From Mobula hypostoma (taxonomy: Eukaryota), in NCBI RefSeq assembly GCF_963921235.1, contig NC_086097.1, forward strand, positions 211,546,001-211,610,000: 64,000 bases of DNA. Direction: 5' to 3'. Made by a program: the position numbers and the translations under genes. The notes beneath the pieces were generated by a model that was not told the DNA's origin, did no database searches, and saw only the letters and a list, made by a program, of their open reading frames with translations. This document shows, in pieces, positions 25,372-38,744 of the stretch (position 1 is its first letter; each line of letters opens with the position of its first letter).

Positions 25372-26993
25372 TCTCCTTTGGCTCCTCCCACTTCCTCCAA
25401 ACTAAAGGTGTAGCTATGGGCACCCGTATGGGTCCTAGCTATGCCTGCCTTTTTGTTGGCTTTGTGGAACAATCTATGTTCCAAACCTATTCTGGTATCT
25501 GTCCCCCCACTTTTCCTTCGCTACATCGACGACTGCATTGGCGCTGCTTCCTGCACGCATGCTGAGCTCGTTGACTTCATTAACTTCGCCTCCAACTTTC
25601 ACCCTGCCCTCAAGTTTACCTGGTTCATTTCTGACACCTCCCTCCCCTTTCTATATCTTTCTGTCTCTATCTCTGGAGACAGCTTATCTGCTGATGTCAC
25701 AGCTATCTGGACTATTCCTCTTCTCACCCTGTCTCTTGCAAAAATGCCATCTCCTTCTCGCAATTCCTCAGTCTCTGCCGCATCTGCTCTCAGGATGAGG
25801 CTTTTCATTCCAGGACGAGGGAGATGTCCTCCTTTTTTAAAGAAAGGGGCTTCCCTTCCTCCACCATCAACTCTGCTCTCAAACGCATCTCCCCCATTTC
25901 ACGCACATCTGCTCTCACTCCATCCTCCCGCCACCCCACTAGGAATAGGGTTCACCTTGTCCTCACCTACCACCCCACCAGCCTCCGGGTCCAACATATT
26001 CTCCGTAACTTCCACCACCTCCAATGGGATCCTACCACTAAGCACATCTTTCCCTCCCCCCCCCTCTGCTTTCCACAGGGATCGCACCCTACGCGAGTCC
26101 CTTGTCCATTTGTCCCCCCTCCATCCCTCCCCACCGATCTCCCTCCCGGCACTTATCCTTGTAAGCGGAACAAGTGCTACACATGCCCTTACACTTCCTC
26201 CCTTACCACCATTCAGGGCCCCAGACAGTCCTTCCAGGTGAGGCGACACTTCACCTGTGAGTCGGCTGGGGTGATATACTGCATCTGGTGCTCCCGATGT
26301 GGCCTTCTATATATTGGCGAGACCCGACGCAGACTGGGAGATATTTTGCTGAACACCTACGCTCTGTCCGCCAGAGAAAGCAGGATCTTCCAGTGGCCAC
26401 ACATTTTAATTCCACATCCCATTCCCAATCTGATATGTCTATCCACGGCCTCCTCTACTGTAAAGATGAAGCCACACTCAGGTTGGAGAAACAACACCTT
26501 ATATTCCGTCTGGGTAGCCTCCAACCTAATAGCATGAACATTGACTTCTCAAACTTCCGCTAATGCCCCACCTCCCCCTCGTACCCCATCCATTATTTAT
26601 TTATATACACACATTCTTTTTCTCTCTCTCCTTTTTCTCCCTCTGTCCCCCTCACTATACCCCTTGCCCATCCTCTGGGCTTCCCCCCTCCACCTTTCTT
26701 TCTCCCTAGGCCTCCTGTCCCATGATCCTCTCATATCCCTTTTGCCAATCACCTGTCCAGCTCTTGGCTCCATCCCTCCCCCTCCTGTCTTCTCCTATCA
26801 TTTCAGATCTCCCCCTCCCCCTCCCACTTTCAAATCTCTTACTAGCTCTTCTTTCAGTTAGTCCTGACGAAGGGTCTCGGCCTGAAAAGTCGGCTGTACC
26901 TCTTCCTAGAGATGCTGCCTGGCCTGCTGCATTCACCAGCAACTTTGATGTGTGTTACTTGAATTTCCAGCATCTGCAGAATTCCTCGTGTTT
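25372..26993 (+). mobile_element. 5'-truncated Neptune-type Penelope-like element (RT C-half, Cys linker, GIY-YIG, hammerhead 3' end)
   Basis: GVAMGTRMGPSYA and FLRYIDD (RT), PCKRNKCYTC linker, VIYCIWCSRCGLLYIGETRRRL (GIY-YIG). 12-bp TSD gagttctccagt (25360-25371, 26994-27005). Several frameshifts. Confidence 0.93.
26859..26896 (+). ncRNA. Minimal hammerhead ribozyme motif in PLE 3' end
   Basis: agtc-CTGACGA-agggtctcggcct-GAAA-a-GTC-ggct. Confidence 0.65.
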
Positions 26994-27242
26994 GAGTTCT
27001 CCAGTCTGTTCTGATGGAGCACTGCTGTGACATTTTTCCTCACCAGTAACACCACCCCTCCTCTTTTAATCCCTTCCACTCTGTCACATATAAAACAGCA
27101 GAATCTCGGAATACTGAGTTGCCAGTCCTGCTTCTCCTGCAACCAAGCCTCACTAATGTGCTTTTAGTCTTGTGCCTTTTATTCTAGCATTTTTTTCTCT
27201 TCTATCATTATTCATCTCCCTTAATTTATAAAGCCTCTAGAT

Positions 27243-27321
27243 CAGGGGTTCCCAACATGGGGTCTGCAGATCCCTTGCTTAGTGGTATTGGTCCATGGCA
27301 TAAAGAAGGTCAGGAATCCTG
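27243..27321. mobile_element. Tiny hAT-like MITE remnant
   Basis: caggggttcccaac start and degenerate ggtcaggaatcctg end. No clear TSD. Confidence 0.4.
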
Positions 27322-27968
27322 CTATTCACCCCTAGATGGATCAGTTGTGAATTGTACACTTTCACGATCGTAGTCATACAGACTACCATTCTTTGTCAAT
27401 TATCACACATCTATCCTATTTCTTGCATTTGATCAACAGCTTTACTTGTTCAGATGGTACTTAAATGTTACATGCCACCATCATCCACTTGCGTATTTAG
27501 TTCCAGCCTTCAGCTATGCTTGGTTCTTCTTTGTGTTTCCTCTAGTGCTCTTAACTCTTCATTCATGAACGTATGCTTTCTCATTTTAGACACTTCAGCA
27601 TTTGTGTCATTTGGGCTCCATCCCATTACAGGCATTAACTTTGTTCTTTACACCCTTTGCCATCTCTGCAACTTAAAACACATTTATTTTCTCTCTTCCA
27701 GTTCTCATGAAGGATCATCAATGTGAACCATTAATTTTGTTTCCTTTTTCCTGTGAATGCTGCCTGATCTGTTTAGTCTCCATTACTTTGCACTTAGTAG
27801 GTTTGTGTCATCTGCAATTTTGCTTTTGGAGTATTGTGCAGTCCTATCTTTGCATTAATCTACAGAAGTATTGGAAGATGCAGGAAAGATTTTGGGTCTT
27901 CATGAGGAGGAGGGAGGTAATTATTTGTGTGCACTGTGGAACCTTGAATTGTCTTCCCTAAAGTACAG

Positions 27969-28082
27969 TAGAAACCATAGAAACCATTAAAAAAAACTAC
28001 AGCACAGAAACAGGCCTTTTGGCCCTTCTTGGTTGTGCCGAACCATTTTCTGCCTAGTCCCACTGACCTGCACACGGACCAG
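27969..28082 (-). mobile_element. CR1 3' tail only
   Basis: tagaaaccatagaaacca 8-mer tail plus cagcacagaaacaggccttttggccc. Confidence 0.65.
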
Positions 28083-29437
28083 TAGACTGATGGTTGGTTT
28101 GAGACATGTGTTCATAATTGTGATGGGTCTAAACAGTGAGGAATTCTGATGGTTCAAAACCCAGAAGGCAAATGTTTTGTTGAGAAACAAATAATCTCGG
28201 GCTGAACTTTACACCCTAATAGGTTTATGAAAGCAGATTGGTTATCATTTTTAAAAATGAATGTGATAGAACTTGAACAGGATGATTTCAGGTTGACTGG
28301 GAAGAGCTGGGAAATGAGACTGGCTTCTCTTACAAGGAGTTGAGATGAAGTCCTGAAGGAATTCTAAGTAGCAGCATGGTCTTAACATCCTTTGTTTGAT
28401 TAATGCCTTCAGGCAAGATCCTACCACCAATATCTGGTGGAGCTTTCATGTGGCTTCAGTATCTGTGTTTGGCTCTCTAACAACTGTCAGTAGTTAAGAA
28501 AAGGCAACAATTATTTCCTCACCCACAGCCTGTGAAACTGGATGACTCCAGATTATTTACTGTGAAGTTATTGGCATGAGCGCAAGTGCTGCATAGGTCA
28601 AAAACGATCTGAAGCTGATGAACATTTAAGTAACATAACATTCCACTGAGGGAATTTAATTTCAGACTATTGTGATTTCAATAAGCTAGGTTTAAAATGT
28701 GTTCTTGTTCCCAAGTGTCTCCAGCTGTGAGGGCTAAATCTACTATTAACAAAATCTGTACTGTATATACATAGTTAGTGGGTTGTAATGAGCCTGACAT
28801 CACAGTATATTGTCTCCTGAAATTTTCCGTTATAACTCAAAATATAGATTTTCCATTGTTGTTCCTGATCTTGCTGATAAATAGAAAAATCACCACACTG
28901 ACACTATGAATGGGTTAAATTAGCAGGTAAGTTTAGAAGCACATTATACTTGTATAGATAATCAAAAATATTAGTGTAGTAATAAATATAAAGAATCTTC
29001 TATTGAGAGTTTCAAGGGTGAGCTCTTAGCCTTACAGAAACTCACTTTCACAATGTGGATTTCCACTTAAATAGGTGAGAGGTCATTATAGGAAAATTAA
29101 TATATTTCATTAAGAAATATGGGTAGAATATTGTATGTAGCATGCATTAATATGGGAACAAAAAATAAAATAAAATTGTAGGTATTGAAATCTTGAAGTG
29201 TTCAGCAAGTGAGGCTGTGTCCATACAGATATTCACAATTTCTGGATAACGAAAGATGATCAGTCCTGGGATTTAACTCTTTATCCATAGATGTTATCTG
29301 TTCTGCTGATTATTTCCAAGAAGTTCTGTTATATTGCATTTATATAGCACAGTTTTAACATAAAACATCACAAGTCTCTTTGTGAGAATACTACCAGATA
29401 CTTTTACCATGAAGCCACAAAGAGGACATTAGCGAAG

Positions 29438-29535
29438 AGTGTAGCGATTAGCGTAACGCTATTACAGCTCTCATAACACGGGTTCAATTCCTGCTGCTGT
29501 CTGTAAGGAGTTTGTACATTCTCCCTTTGACTGAG
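29438..29535 (+). mobile_element. tRNA-derived V-SINE 5' portion (HE1-like)
   Basis: A-box-like gtgtagcgattag, B-box ggttcaattcc, and V-domain-like tctgtaaggagtttgtacattctcc. Confidence 0.6.
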
Positions 29536-29759
29536 TGAGTCACCTCCAGTTACCTTCAACATTACAAATGAAGATTTGGATTTTGCCATCAAACAAAAAC
29601 ATGGTCTACGTGCTGCAAATCACTTAGTTTGATTCTGGAATAAGGTCAATGCAGGTTGAACAATTTCCAATTAATTGTGATGATTAGCTACACTTACTTA
29701 TTGAAGGCAAAGTGAAATGGCAGCGAGAAAGTTTAGGAAAATTTGTCAAAGCTGTTTTC

Positions 29760-30200
29760 CACAAAATCATCTAAATTTATAGGAAAATAAGAGAACCAAT
29801 GTCAGCATCCTCTCCCAGGCCAATATCTACAAGTACTGAGGCACTCAGCCGGCTTCATTAGGTAGACTGTCCCATTTGTGAGTTCAGCACCATACTCTCA
29901 AAATGAGCACTGTCCTAGGAGTAGATTACTCGATAGATGGAGAAAAATATTTGAGAATGTGATCATAGCTTTTGTAGAAAGGTATAACATCCCCACTGAT
30001 CTCTGGGAACCTGCCTCTCATGACACTCAAAGTGGGGAAGCAACATTTTGGAATAATATTGAGAACCTTGCAGTTGTGCATTAAAAGATGAGAGAAAGCG
30101 TGGATAAGTGGAAGGAGGACACCATGCCACCTGCTGCTCTGTCTGTGGAAGGGATTGTGGTTGCCATGTTGGCCTCATTAGCCACCTTAGATCTACAAAA
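29760..30200 (+). mobile_element. Old RTE-clade LINE 3' fragment
   Basis: Degenerate SILSQANI.S.EAL, IPTDLWE..A and a terminal C2H2-like CSVCGRDC..HVGLISHLR. Confidence 0.55.
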
Positions 30201-33200
30201 GTGAGTGAAAACTAGTTATTTTTAATGCTGAGTGAATGCAGAAAAAGAGTGGTGTGAGAGCCTGTTCTTTGAGGAAAGTACCAATACTCCTTGTTGGTAG
30301 GTCCCATATGTTTTAGCTCTCTGTAAGCCAATTAAGACAAGTGGATTTTTGTCATGGACATTATTTGATTTTTGTCAGCTTGAATTTGCCAATTTGCGTC
30401 TAGCTTAAAATTTGAATAAATAGAGGGAAAAATATTGAAATAGAGCGTGGCTTCATTTTTTCCATAGCTAATATAAATAATGGTCCCAGATTTAGTTGAA
30501 TTTCACTTAGATGCTTGGTTACACTTAGAACCTGTATAAACATCACAATTATGTTGAAAATGAATATCATTACAGATGATGTTGACAGCTTCTGTGGCTC
30601 AAAGATCTAAAGCGTGATTAAAGCCACGTCTGCCAGATAAGAAATTGTTTTGAAAAAGGTGTCAAGACTACTTTGATCTTTGATTAGATGGTGGTTTTAA
30701 GTAAATAAATTCTGTACTTTCAATTTATGATGCGTGTGCCTTTGAAGATTACTACATTTAATTACATCAGTTAAATATCCAGAATGGATTGTTTGAAAAT
30801 ACATTATAAAAATACCAGTGATTTCTCTTGATGCATATCCATGCAAAGACAGGTAACACTGTAATGCTATGAGGAGGTGGGTGGTAATTATCAGTAGCTT
30901 TGTTTCTGATGTTGAATGTTTCTGTTACCACACCAGTCTACCTGTCACAGAGCATTACTGCCTAGAGATATCAGACCACACCAGGTTCCAATTTTAAACT
31001 TTGTGTTGACTCCCCCAAATCTTTTGCGCTGATGACACTTTGCTCTCAGATTACTTTTTTCTTAGCTGAAACTAAAATTCAACTGCAGGAACATTTAACC
31101 TTGGCTTATTCCTGGGTTAGAAAAAATATAATTCAGTGCTTGAAGCAAACAAGAAAAACTAATGGCCTTTAAATTTCTCAAGCTAAAGCCCTCTTCATTA
31201 ATTCTTAAAAGTATACTAAACTGTACTGTTAGAAGACCTTTCTTGAGTTCAGTATCATTTGTGTTTTATTGAAAGGACCCTTGTATCTGAGTTAGTAAGT
31301 TATATTCCTGATACTCAAGTCCACAAACTAGGCTACTTCTCAATGCTGCACTGAAGGGGTGAAGCACTATCAGAAGTGTTACCTGTCAAGAGTGAATGAC
31401 AGGCTACATTCTCAAGTGGATGTTGAGAGTTTCATGATGATCATGAGGAAAGAGTTTTTCATGGTATCTAAGCCAATATTTACTTATCCCATATCAGACT
31501 TGCTTTAGAGAGACTAAATGCCTTGTGGAAAAGGAAATATAATATATTGATGTACAAAAACATAAATGCTACATATTTTACTGCTTTCAATGAATGAATG
31601 GTCCAGTGTGACTAAAAGTTTAATTTGTTGAAGTGTGTCTCATAGTCACATGCATGAGGTTATTAACAAAAGTACCATAAATGAAATGGAAAGTATGTCT
31701 ATCAGCAAAGACTGACTCTTGAATGGAGCAATTGTGCATATTACGTGTTGTCATGTGTTGGGTAGCTTTTGGTTAGTTTCATCATATGCTTATAAATGCA
31801 GGATTAGCATTACAGTTCTCAAAACAGACTTGTAGAGTTACCTCATTGTGGGATTTTAATTAAAAGATAATATCAAAACTCATTTTTGCTGTATGTCACA
31901 TAATGAAAGCTTTAATTAAATTCTTTTGTTGTTTTTTGGCCCTTTAATCTTGGATTAATATCCACATCCTTTATACTGTATCACTCTTTAAACCAGAGAC
32001 AGTAGTGCAGCAGGAGTTATTAATATAACTTGCTGTAGTCATGATGTACCCAATTTCTCCTTTCCCCATTCTCACTATTCCAAATCAGAACTCATATAAT
32101 CATTTTGTGTTTCGTCTTGAAGCCAGTGAGCAATGGTGTGAAATACTAGCAGAAATGCTGAGCAGTCGGGCAACATCTATAGAAAGTTGGGTTTCTCATT
32201 CCACAGCTGCTGACTGACCTGTGTTTCTTGTATTTTCTGTTTTTCGTTGATTCACAGCATCAACAGTGTTTTTTGACACTTATGAGTTAACAGTGTGATT
32301 CCTTCAGCACTAGTGAAATTGTGCACGGACATGACGAAGATCCATATTTCTTGGGGCAGATCTTAAAGAATCTTGAAGGGAAATGTGTTCAGGTTAGCTT
32401 ATTTACAAGGTTCTGAATTTGATAGATCAGAGTAGGGTACGAATAATGAGAAGGAAATTAAACATAAATTTAGTTTCAACATCAAACAGGAGCCAGACGT
32501 ATAGAAATAGACACATTCCATGCTGAGAGCCTTAAGTCATCAGAAACTGTAGCTGTAGCTGTTAACTATTTTCAATATGCCATAGTTAAGCTGTGTCAAC
32601 GATGGTGATCAGTTATTTACTACTGATTACCACTTGTCACTCAGCATTTTTATTACAATATAGTTTTGGGATTCTTTTCATTTGCTAGCTTTAACGTTTG
32701 TTCTGAGCAATAGAATATATGAGTTTTGGTATTGGTAAGCTTGATTGGAAATACATTACAACTAAGTCAGATTGCCTTCACCTGCCGTCCACACACCCGG
32801 TGGCATTTCGAAACAGGAGTTTGGTTTTATTTTGTGTGTTCGGCCTTTTATCCTTTTCAGTCAAATGGTAGGAAAAGCTCTGGTTTTGAAAAGTTGATTA
32901 CACCTCATATGGATCTGAAATTGGCTTCCTAAGTCAGGAGAGGAACTAGTTACCATCTGATTAGAATACTTTTTAATTGGAGTATATAGCACTGTACTCA
33001 ATGTATGAAGCCCACCAGATTCTCCCGCTGGAGGAGAGGGACTTCACTGCATCAAACAAATCACATGGTATCATTCCAAAAATAATAAAAAGAAAGTTGG
33101 AGCTTGTTCAAATACCTTTTGAAAGTGGAAAAAAAAAGAATAAAAATGATTGTAATCCAGTATTCGACATATATTTTAATTTGGTAATGATAAACAAGTG

Positions 33201-34619
33201 AAGGATGGGACGTGCTTGAAGCAGTCCCTTCTGGTTTTTACCAACCAGTGTTATACCAGCTGATGCAAATTTCCAATCTATCTGAAATTCAAATTGTCCA
33301 TGCATGACATGACCTTTTGGCAGCTCTATCCTCTTGTCCTGAACACATCTGAAATTAGAATGGTTAATCATCCCTGGATATCAGTGCAATAAAAGCATTG
33401 ATTTTTTTGTATTAAGACCAATTGCCTCCTCTTATTAGTATTGACGATTCTGCTCAACTTCGTGACTTTCCCTTTACCCACCTATGTATCTTTTAAGCAA
33501 TGATCCAGTGCCTCTGAATGTTGTGATTATTTATCATTGATTAACACAAGTAGCACAGCATTTTTATTCCAATAACTCTTGATGTGATGCAGTCTCTTAA
33601 TTTGCAGGCCTTCTGTTTATTTCAGATTGTAATTTGTGTTAGATTTATCCGTTGATAGAAATTGAAAGTTTATCTTGTTCCTTTTATCATTTAGAGCACT
33701 GTCAAAGCAGCTTCAATTATTGTATTTAGTGCAAAGGTTAGATAAAATAACCTCATGACATTAACTTTAACCTTTCAACATTGGCCTAATTTTAATAAAC
33801 CTGCATTACGTTTAAGGCTTTTTGGAAAAACTTCCTAGGACGATGTATACAAACTGAACTAAGTGTTCCAAATCCTGTTAATAATAAGATTTTCAACGAA
33901 ACCTGTGTTATTTGGCCGTGCTTGATTTTAATTAGTACTCAGAACAAAATCCTTGCGTCATGACTAATTTATGGATTTATCGATGTGGCTTGATTCAATA
34001 GACAATTCTTTTGACCCTGCATTCTGTAATTGGATAAGGAATATTAGCTTTCATTTTAATTCTGTATTTTCTTATGCAAGTCCAAAATAAGAATTCGCCC
34101 TCTGTTTAAAAGGGAGTGTAAAATATTGAACGCAGTTCATATATGATTTAAAAGACAAGTGTTATGTAGTTGAAATTATTGCTAGATTTTGAAGGTAGAA
34201 ACAGTGACTTTGAATCCAACTGAATGGTAAATAGAAACAGTACCAGAGGGTGAAAAGAAAGAATCTCCTCTTCCTGACTAAAGCAAACTGAATTACTGTG
34301 CGATATGCAAACTATGTATGGAAGTTGGTTAAAAATTAATAAGGACCGTGTCATAGTTTATCCTTTAGGTTATTTAATTTACCATAAGCATCTAGAACTC
34401 CTTCGTTGTACTGAAGTGTAGTAACCGTTTGAATAAGGAAATAAATTTTTTAGCCATAAGGCTAATTTGGCAATTGAGTTTGATTTACGTAATTGGTTAT
34501 TATGTTGTATAGGTAACATTTAACATTCTTAAAACATGTGCGCTTTTTGGGATTGGATCTGAAAGGTGCTAGTTATAAAGGAAACTGCAGACCTTGTCAC
34601 TGTATGATAGTAGTGATCT

Positions 34620-36736
34620 CATGTGGATTCAATCTTGTACTTGTGTCTTTTCTGGTTTCCCTTCGGTCATCTGTACCGTAATAAGGAGGCTTTCGATCTG
34701 CATTAGGGAGCATACATCCAGTGGAGTGTCCTCTTTTGTAAATTTTTCAGGTATTTCCTTTTCCAAGGGTAAATTGGACAATCCATCAGCATTTCCACAA
34801 TTAATTGTCCTCTTGAATTCAATTTTGTGTCCCCCAAGAAACAGAGACCATCTGTGCATTTATGCTGCTGTTGTTGTTAGTGGAACCCCCTTCTGTGGAT
34901 TGAAAATGGAGACTAGTCGTTGAAGATCAGTAACGAGTTTAAATTTTCTTCCATACAAGTACTGGTTGAAATGTTTTACACCCCAAAACAGAGTCAAGAC
35001 CTCTCTGTCAATCTGTGCGTAATTATTCTCTGCAGTGGTAAGGGAACATGATGCAAAGTCTATGGGACACTCATTCCCATCCCTCATAGCATATAACATG
35101 ACTGCACCTGTGCATTAAGGTAAGATGTCACACGCAAGCTTCACTGAACAATGTAGATCATAATATATGAATACAGTGTCTAATGTCACCATTTCCTTTG
35201 TCTTTTGGAAAACCACCTCACACTGCTTTGTCCATTGCCATTTCTTCCCCATGTGAGTTCAAGGGGTGGGGCACAGTAGCCAGGTTTGGCAGGAGCCTGT
35301 TACAGTAATTGACAAATTCCAGAAAGGAACACAACTATGACACATCCTTTGGCCTTGGGGAATCTACTACTGCTTGAATTTTCTCATTACACTTGTTTAA
35401 ATCTTGTGCATTTAATGGTGTAACCACATTGAGTGACGCTAGGTTTAAAGAATTCATACTTGTTCCACCATGCTCTGAGACCATAATCTACTAATCTTTT
35501 TAATACTGTCATGAAATTTTGGAAATGATCCTTGTCATTCTTACCAGTAACAGTGATGTCATCCAGGTCACACTGAGAGCCTGGGCAGCCTTGCAGTACC
35601 TGGTCCATAGCTTTCTACCAAAAAGCAGGTGCAGATGCAGTCCCAAAATAAAGCTATTATTACAATAAAGCCCTTTGTGGGTGTTTATTGTGAGAAACAC
35701 TTTGGACTCTTCTTCTATTTTTGTCTGTAGGTTGGCCTCAGCTAAGTCCACTTTGCTGAAGTGTTTTCCTCCAGAAAGATCTGCAAAGATATCCTCTATC
35801 CTCGGCAGAGGGTATTGATCTATTTTCAGTACCAGGTTGAATCTGACCTTAACATCACTACAGATACTGACAAACCCATTCTTCTTGGCTGTTGGGGCCT
35901 CTGGCATTGCCCACGTGCTCCACTCAGACTTGGAGAGAATTCTTTCAGCCTTCACGCGATCTAGCTCTCTGGCTACTTTATCACGGATGGTATAAGGAAC
36001 TGGTCAGTCTTTGTAAATGTTTGGTGTGGCATTTTCATTTAACACTATTATTAACTTTGTTATCTTTGAGTTTTCCAATGCCACCGTTGAACGCAGCTGT
36101 GGTATCACCCAGAGGCTTTCTTAATTTGCTTTCAGTTGACTCTTTTGCAGGGGATGTGGCATGTAAATTGTGGGTGGATCTCCAAATGAGTTGTAGTTGT
36201 CTTAGCCGGTCGTGACTCTTCAATTCTGGACCTCCTGTTTTTGCCAAATACAAGCTTGTTGATTGTGTATTTCACTGTTACAAATGTCATTCCTACAGGA
36301 ATTAAATTTTTTTCCAGTACATGTTCTTGGTGGATATCTGCAGGCTTTGGTTCAGTATCTTTGAAATGCCGTTCAAAGTTATTTCGTGGAATGATTGAAA
36401 CAACAGAGCCAGTGTCCAATTCCATTTTAATTAATTTGTTGTTCACTCCTGCTGTAAGACATATTGCTTATCTCTTGTCAGTTTGCAAGTTGTAAAACTC
36501 AAGGCTCCTCACTCCTACGTCACTCTTGTTACTATCAGATTTTTCAGCAACAACATGCAGATTAGAGGTCTTTTTGACAATGCAACCTGATTTTTTACGT
36601 TTTTCTCTTCCCTGTGCAGTCCATTTAATTTTGTCTGCCTAACATGCTCTTTGTATATGTCATCCTCTGTTGCATTTTCTGCAAGATTTGCCTGTAATCC
36701 TGCATTTGTCTAGTGTGAGCCCCTGCCATAATGATA
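34620..36736 (-). mobile_element. Gypsy/Ty3 LTR retrotransposon internal region (gag knuckle, protease, RT, RNase H), pseudogenised and truncated before integrase
   Basis: MELDTGSVVS (protease), DQYPLPRIEDIFADLSGGKHFSKVDL and LDDITVTG (RT), PIDFASCSLTTAENNYAQIDRE..FNQYLYGRKF and NADGLS.LP (RNase H). Confidence 0.92.
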
Positions 36737-38250
36737 CAGGTTTCCCCCGCCATCCAAAGGTAGAGCGTTCCTCTGAAACGGTTCGTAAGCCGGAATGTCG
36801 TAAAGCGAAGAAGCAATTACCATTTATTTATATGGGAAAAATTTGTGAGCGTTCGCAGACCCAAAAATAACCTACCAAATCATGCCAAATGACACATAAG
36901 ACCTAAAATAACAGTAACATATTGTAAAAGCAGGAATGATATGATCAACACACAGCCTATATAAAGTAGAAATACTTCTCTACAATCATTGCCTGCACTG
37001 TTCTCTGTAGCGAAAATCTCACGCAAGTGCTCTCGGCAGAAACACGGCGCAAGCGCTCTCGGCAGAAACACTCTCTCCAGTAACCTTTAAGCTATGAAGC
37101 TGCCAAATCATACCAAATAACACGTAAAAATACACAGCCGATATAAAATAGAAATAATGTATGTACAGTGTAGTATCACTTACCGGAATTGGGAAGACAG
37201 TGCCGAGCACACTGATGATGGTGTGTTTGTCGGAGGTTGGGGTGGTGCAGTGGCCCCCACCCTCCAGGCCACCAACCGATACCGATCTGCGAAGCATGCA
37301 GGGGTACAGCGGTGGCTGGGATGCACCCAGCACATCTTCAGGAAAAAAGCTGAAATAAACAAACTAATTAATTAGGTGCCGCCCGGCACGTAAATGTCGG
37401 CTCAGATCAGAGGTGACGCAATCGGCAATCACCTCTGATCTGGGCCGACATTTACGTGCCAGGAGGCACCTAATTAATTAGCTTGTTTACTTCGGCTTTT
37501 TTTCTTAAAGATGTGCTGGGTGCGTCCCGGCTACCGCTGCATTCTTCGCAGATCAGTATCTGTCCGCAGCGCGGGGGTTGGGGTGGTGGGACGCTGGGGT
37601 GTCATCTCATCGTCATCTGTTTTCACCAGGGCAGGCAGGTCATCTTCTTCTATGTCTGCCTGCCTCGATGTCGAAGGTCGAGGTTCGTCGTCTGCTGTGG
37701 CTGATGTGGAAGGCTTGCTTGGCTGCTTAGCCTCGCGCAGTTTTAGATCATACAGTTCTTTGTAAGGACTCAAACCATCTTGCAAATGTGCCCTAAACCA
37801 ACGTACCCTTTCAAAATAAAGTGGTACTTTATCATTGCAGCGAAAATCTCATGCAGTTGCTTCACGTTCAGTTCCTGGACGACTTCACTTTCGGTCCGTT
37901 CGCTACTGCATTCAGTTTCGATTGTTATCCTTTCCTCTTCCAATTGCATCAGCTCTTCATCTATCAGTTCTTGGTTATGGGATGCCAAAACCTCTTCAAC
38001 ATCATCTTTGTCAAGTTCCACAAGCCAAACTCACTTTGTCCTTACTTCGTTCACCACGATTGAAATGCTTAATTATGTCTAGTTTTACACTGTGTTACAC
38101 CCTTACGAGCTCTTTTAGGCGTTTCTGATGCCTTAGAATACATCTTGCAAACGACTGCTCACGGGCACGTGCTTAAGCAGTGCCGGAAGGAATGCCGTTC
38201 CGAATCCGGGGGAGAGTGGCTGCTTTTTTTCGCGCACTGTTTTTTCTGCT
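36737..38250 (-). mobile_element. Tigger/pogo deletion derivative A (keeps acidic C-terminal tail; right end lost)
   Basis: TA-caggtttcccccg terminus shared with 39058. ELDKDDVEEVLASHNQELIDEELMQLEEE..QDGLSPYKELY tail. Fused N-terminal KRARKGVT stub near 38060-38140. Confidence 0.85.
37248..37590. repeat. Fold-back hAT-type MITE nested in the Tigger
   Basis: Inverted arms at about 37278-37416 and 37429-37560 with a 12-nt loop cgcaatcggcaa. The left terminus cagtggcccccaccc resembles the hAT TIR at 13680. Confidence 0.75.
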
Positions 38251-38253
38251 GTG

Positions 38254-38740
38254 CCACCACTCCAATAGTCGGTATATCTCACTCCTGTATGCCCTCTCGT
38301 CGCCACCTGAGATTCTACCAACAATGATTGTATCATCAGCAAATTTATAGATGGTATTTGAGCTATGCCTAGCCACACAGTTGTGGGTATAGAGAGGGTA
38401 CAGCAGTGGGCAAAGCACACACTCCTGAGGTGCACCAGTGTTAATCGTAAGTGAGGAGGAGATATTATCACCAATCCGCACAGATTGTGGTCTTCCAGTT
38501 AGGAAGTCAAGGATCCAATTGCAGAGGATGTTACAGAGGCCCAGGTTCTGTAACTTCGCAATCAGTATTGTGGGAATGGCGGTGTTAGACGCTGAGCTAT
38601 AGTTGATGAACAGCATCCTGACATAGATGTTTGTATTGTCCAGGTGGTCTAGGCCTTGTGGAGAGCCATTGAAATTGTGTCTGCCATTGACCTATTGTGA
38701 TGATAGACAAATTGCAGTGGGTCCAGGTCCTTGCTGAGGC
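38254..38740 (-). mobile_element. Rex1/Babar RT core fragment
   Basis: [45 protein letters not shown]. Confidence 0.88.
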
Positions 38741-38744
38741 TGTT

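Larger units (their letters stand above)
18601..27160 (-). mobile_element. Older CR1 LINE split into pieces (18601-20440, about 24550-25371, 26994-27160) by nested insertions
   Basis: GVLQGLMLGPLLFVICINDLD..KFADDTK. The endonuclease frame GGVVLLVRKNVTAVL..LENS|SSAVLWVELRNKK rejoins across the PLE, and the YIKSKRI-type frame rejoins across the younger CR1. Confidence 0.8.
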
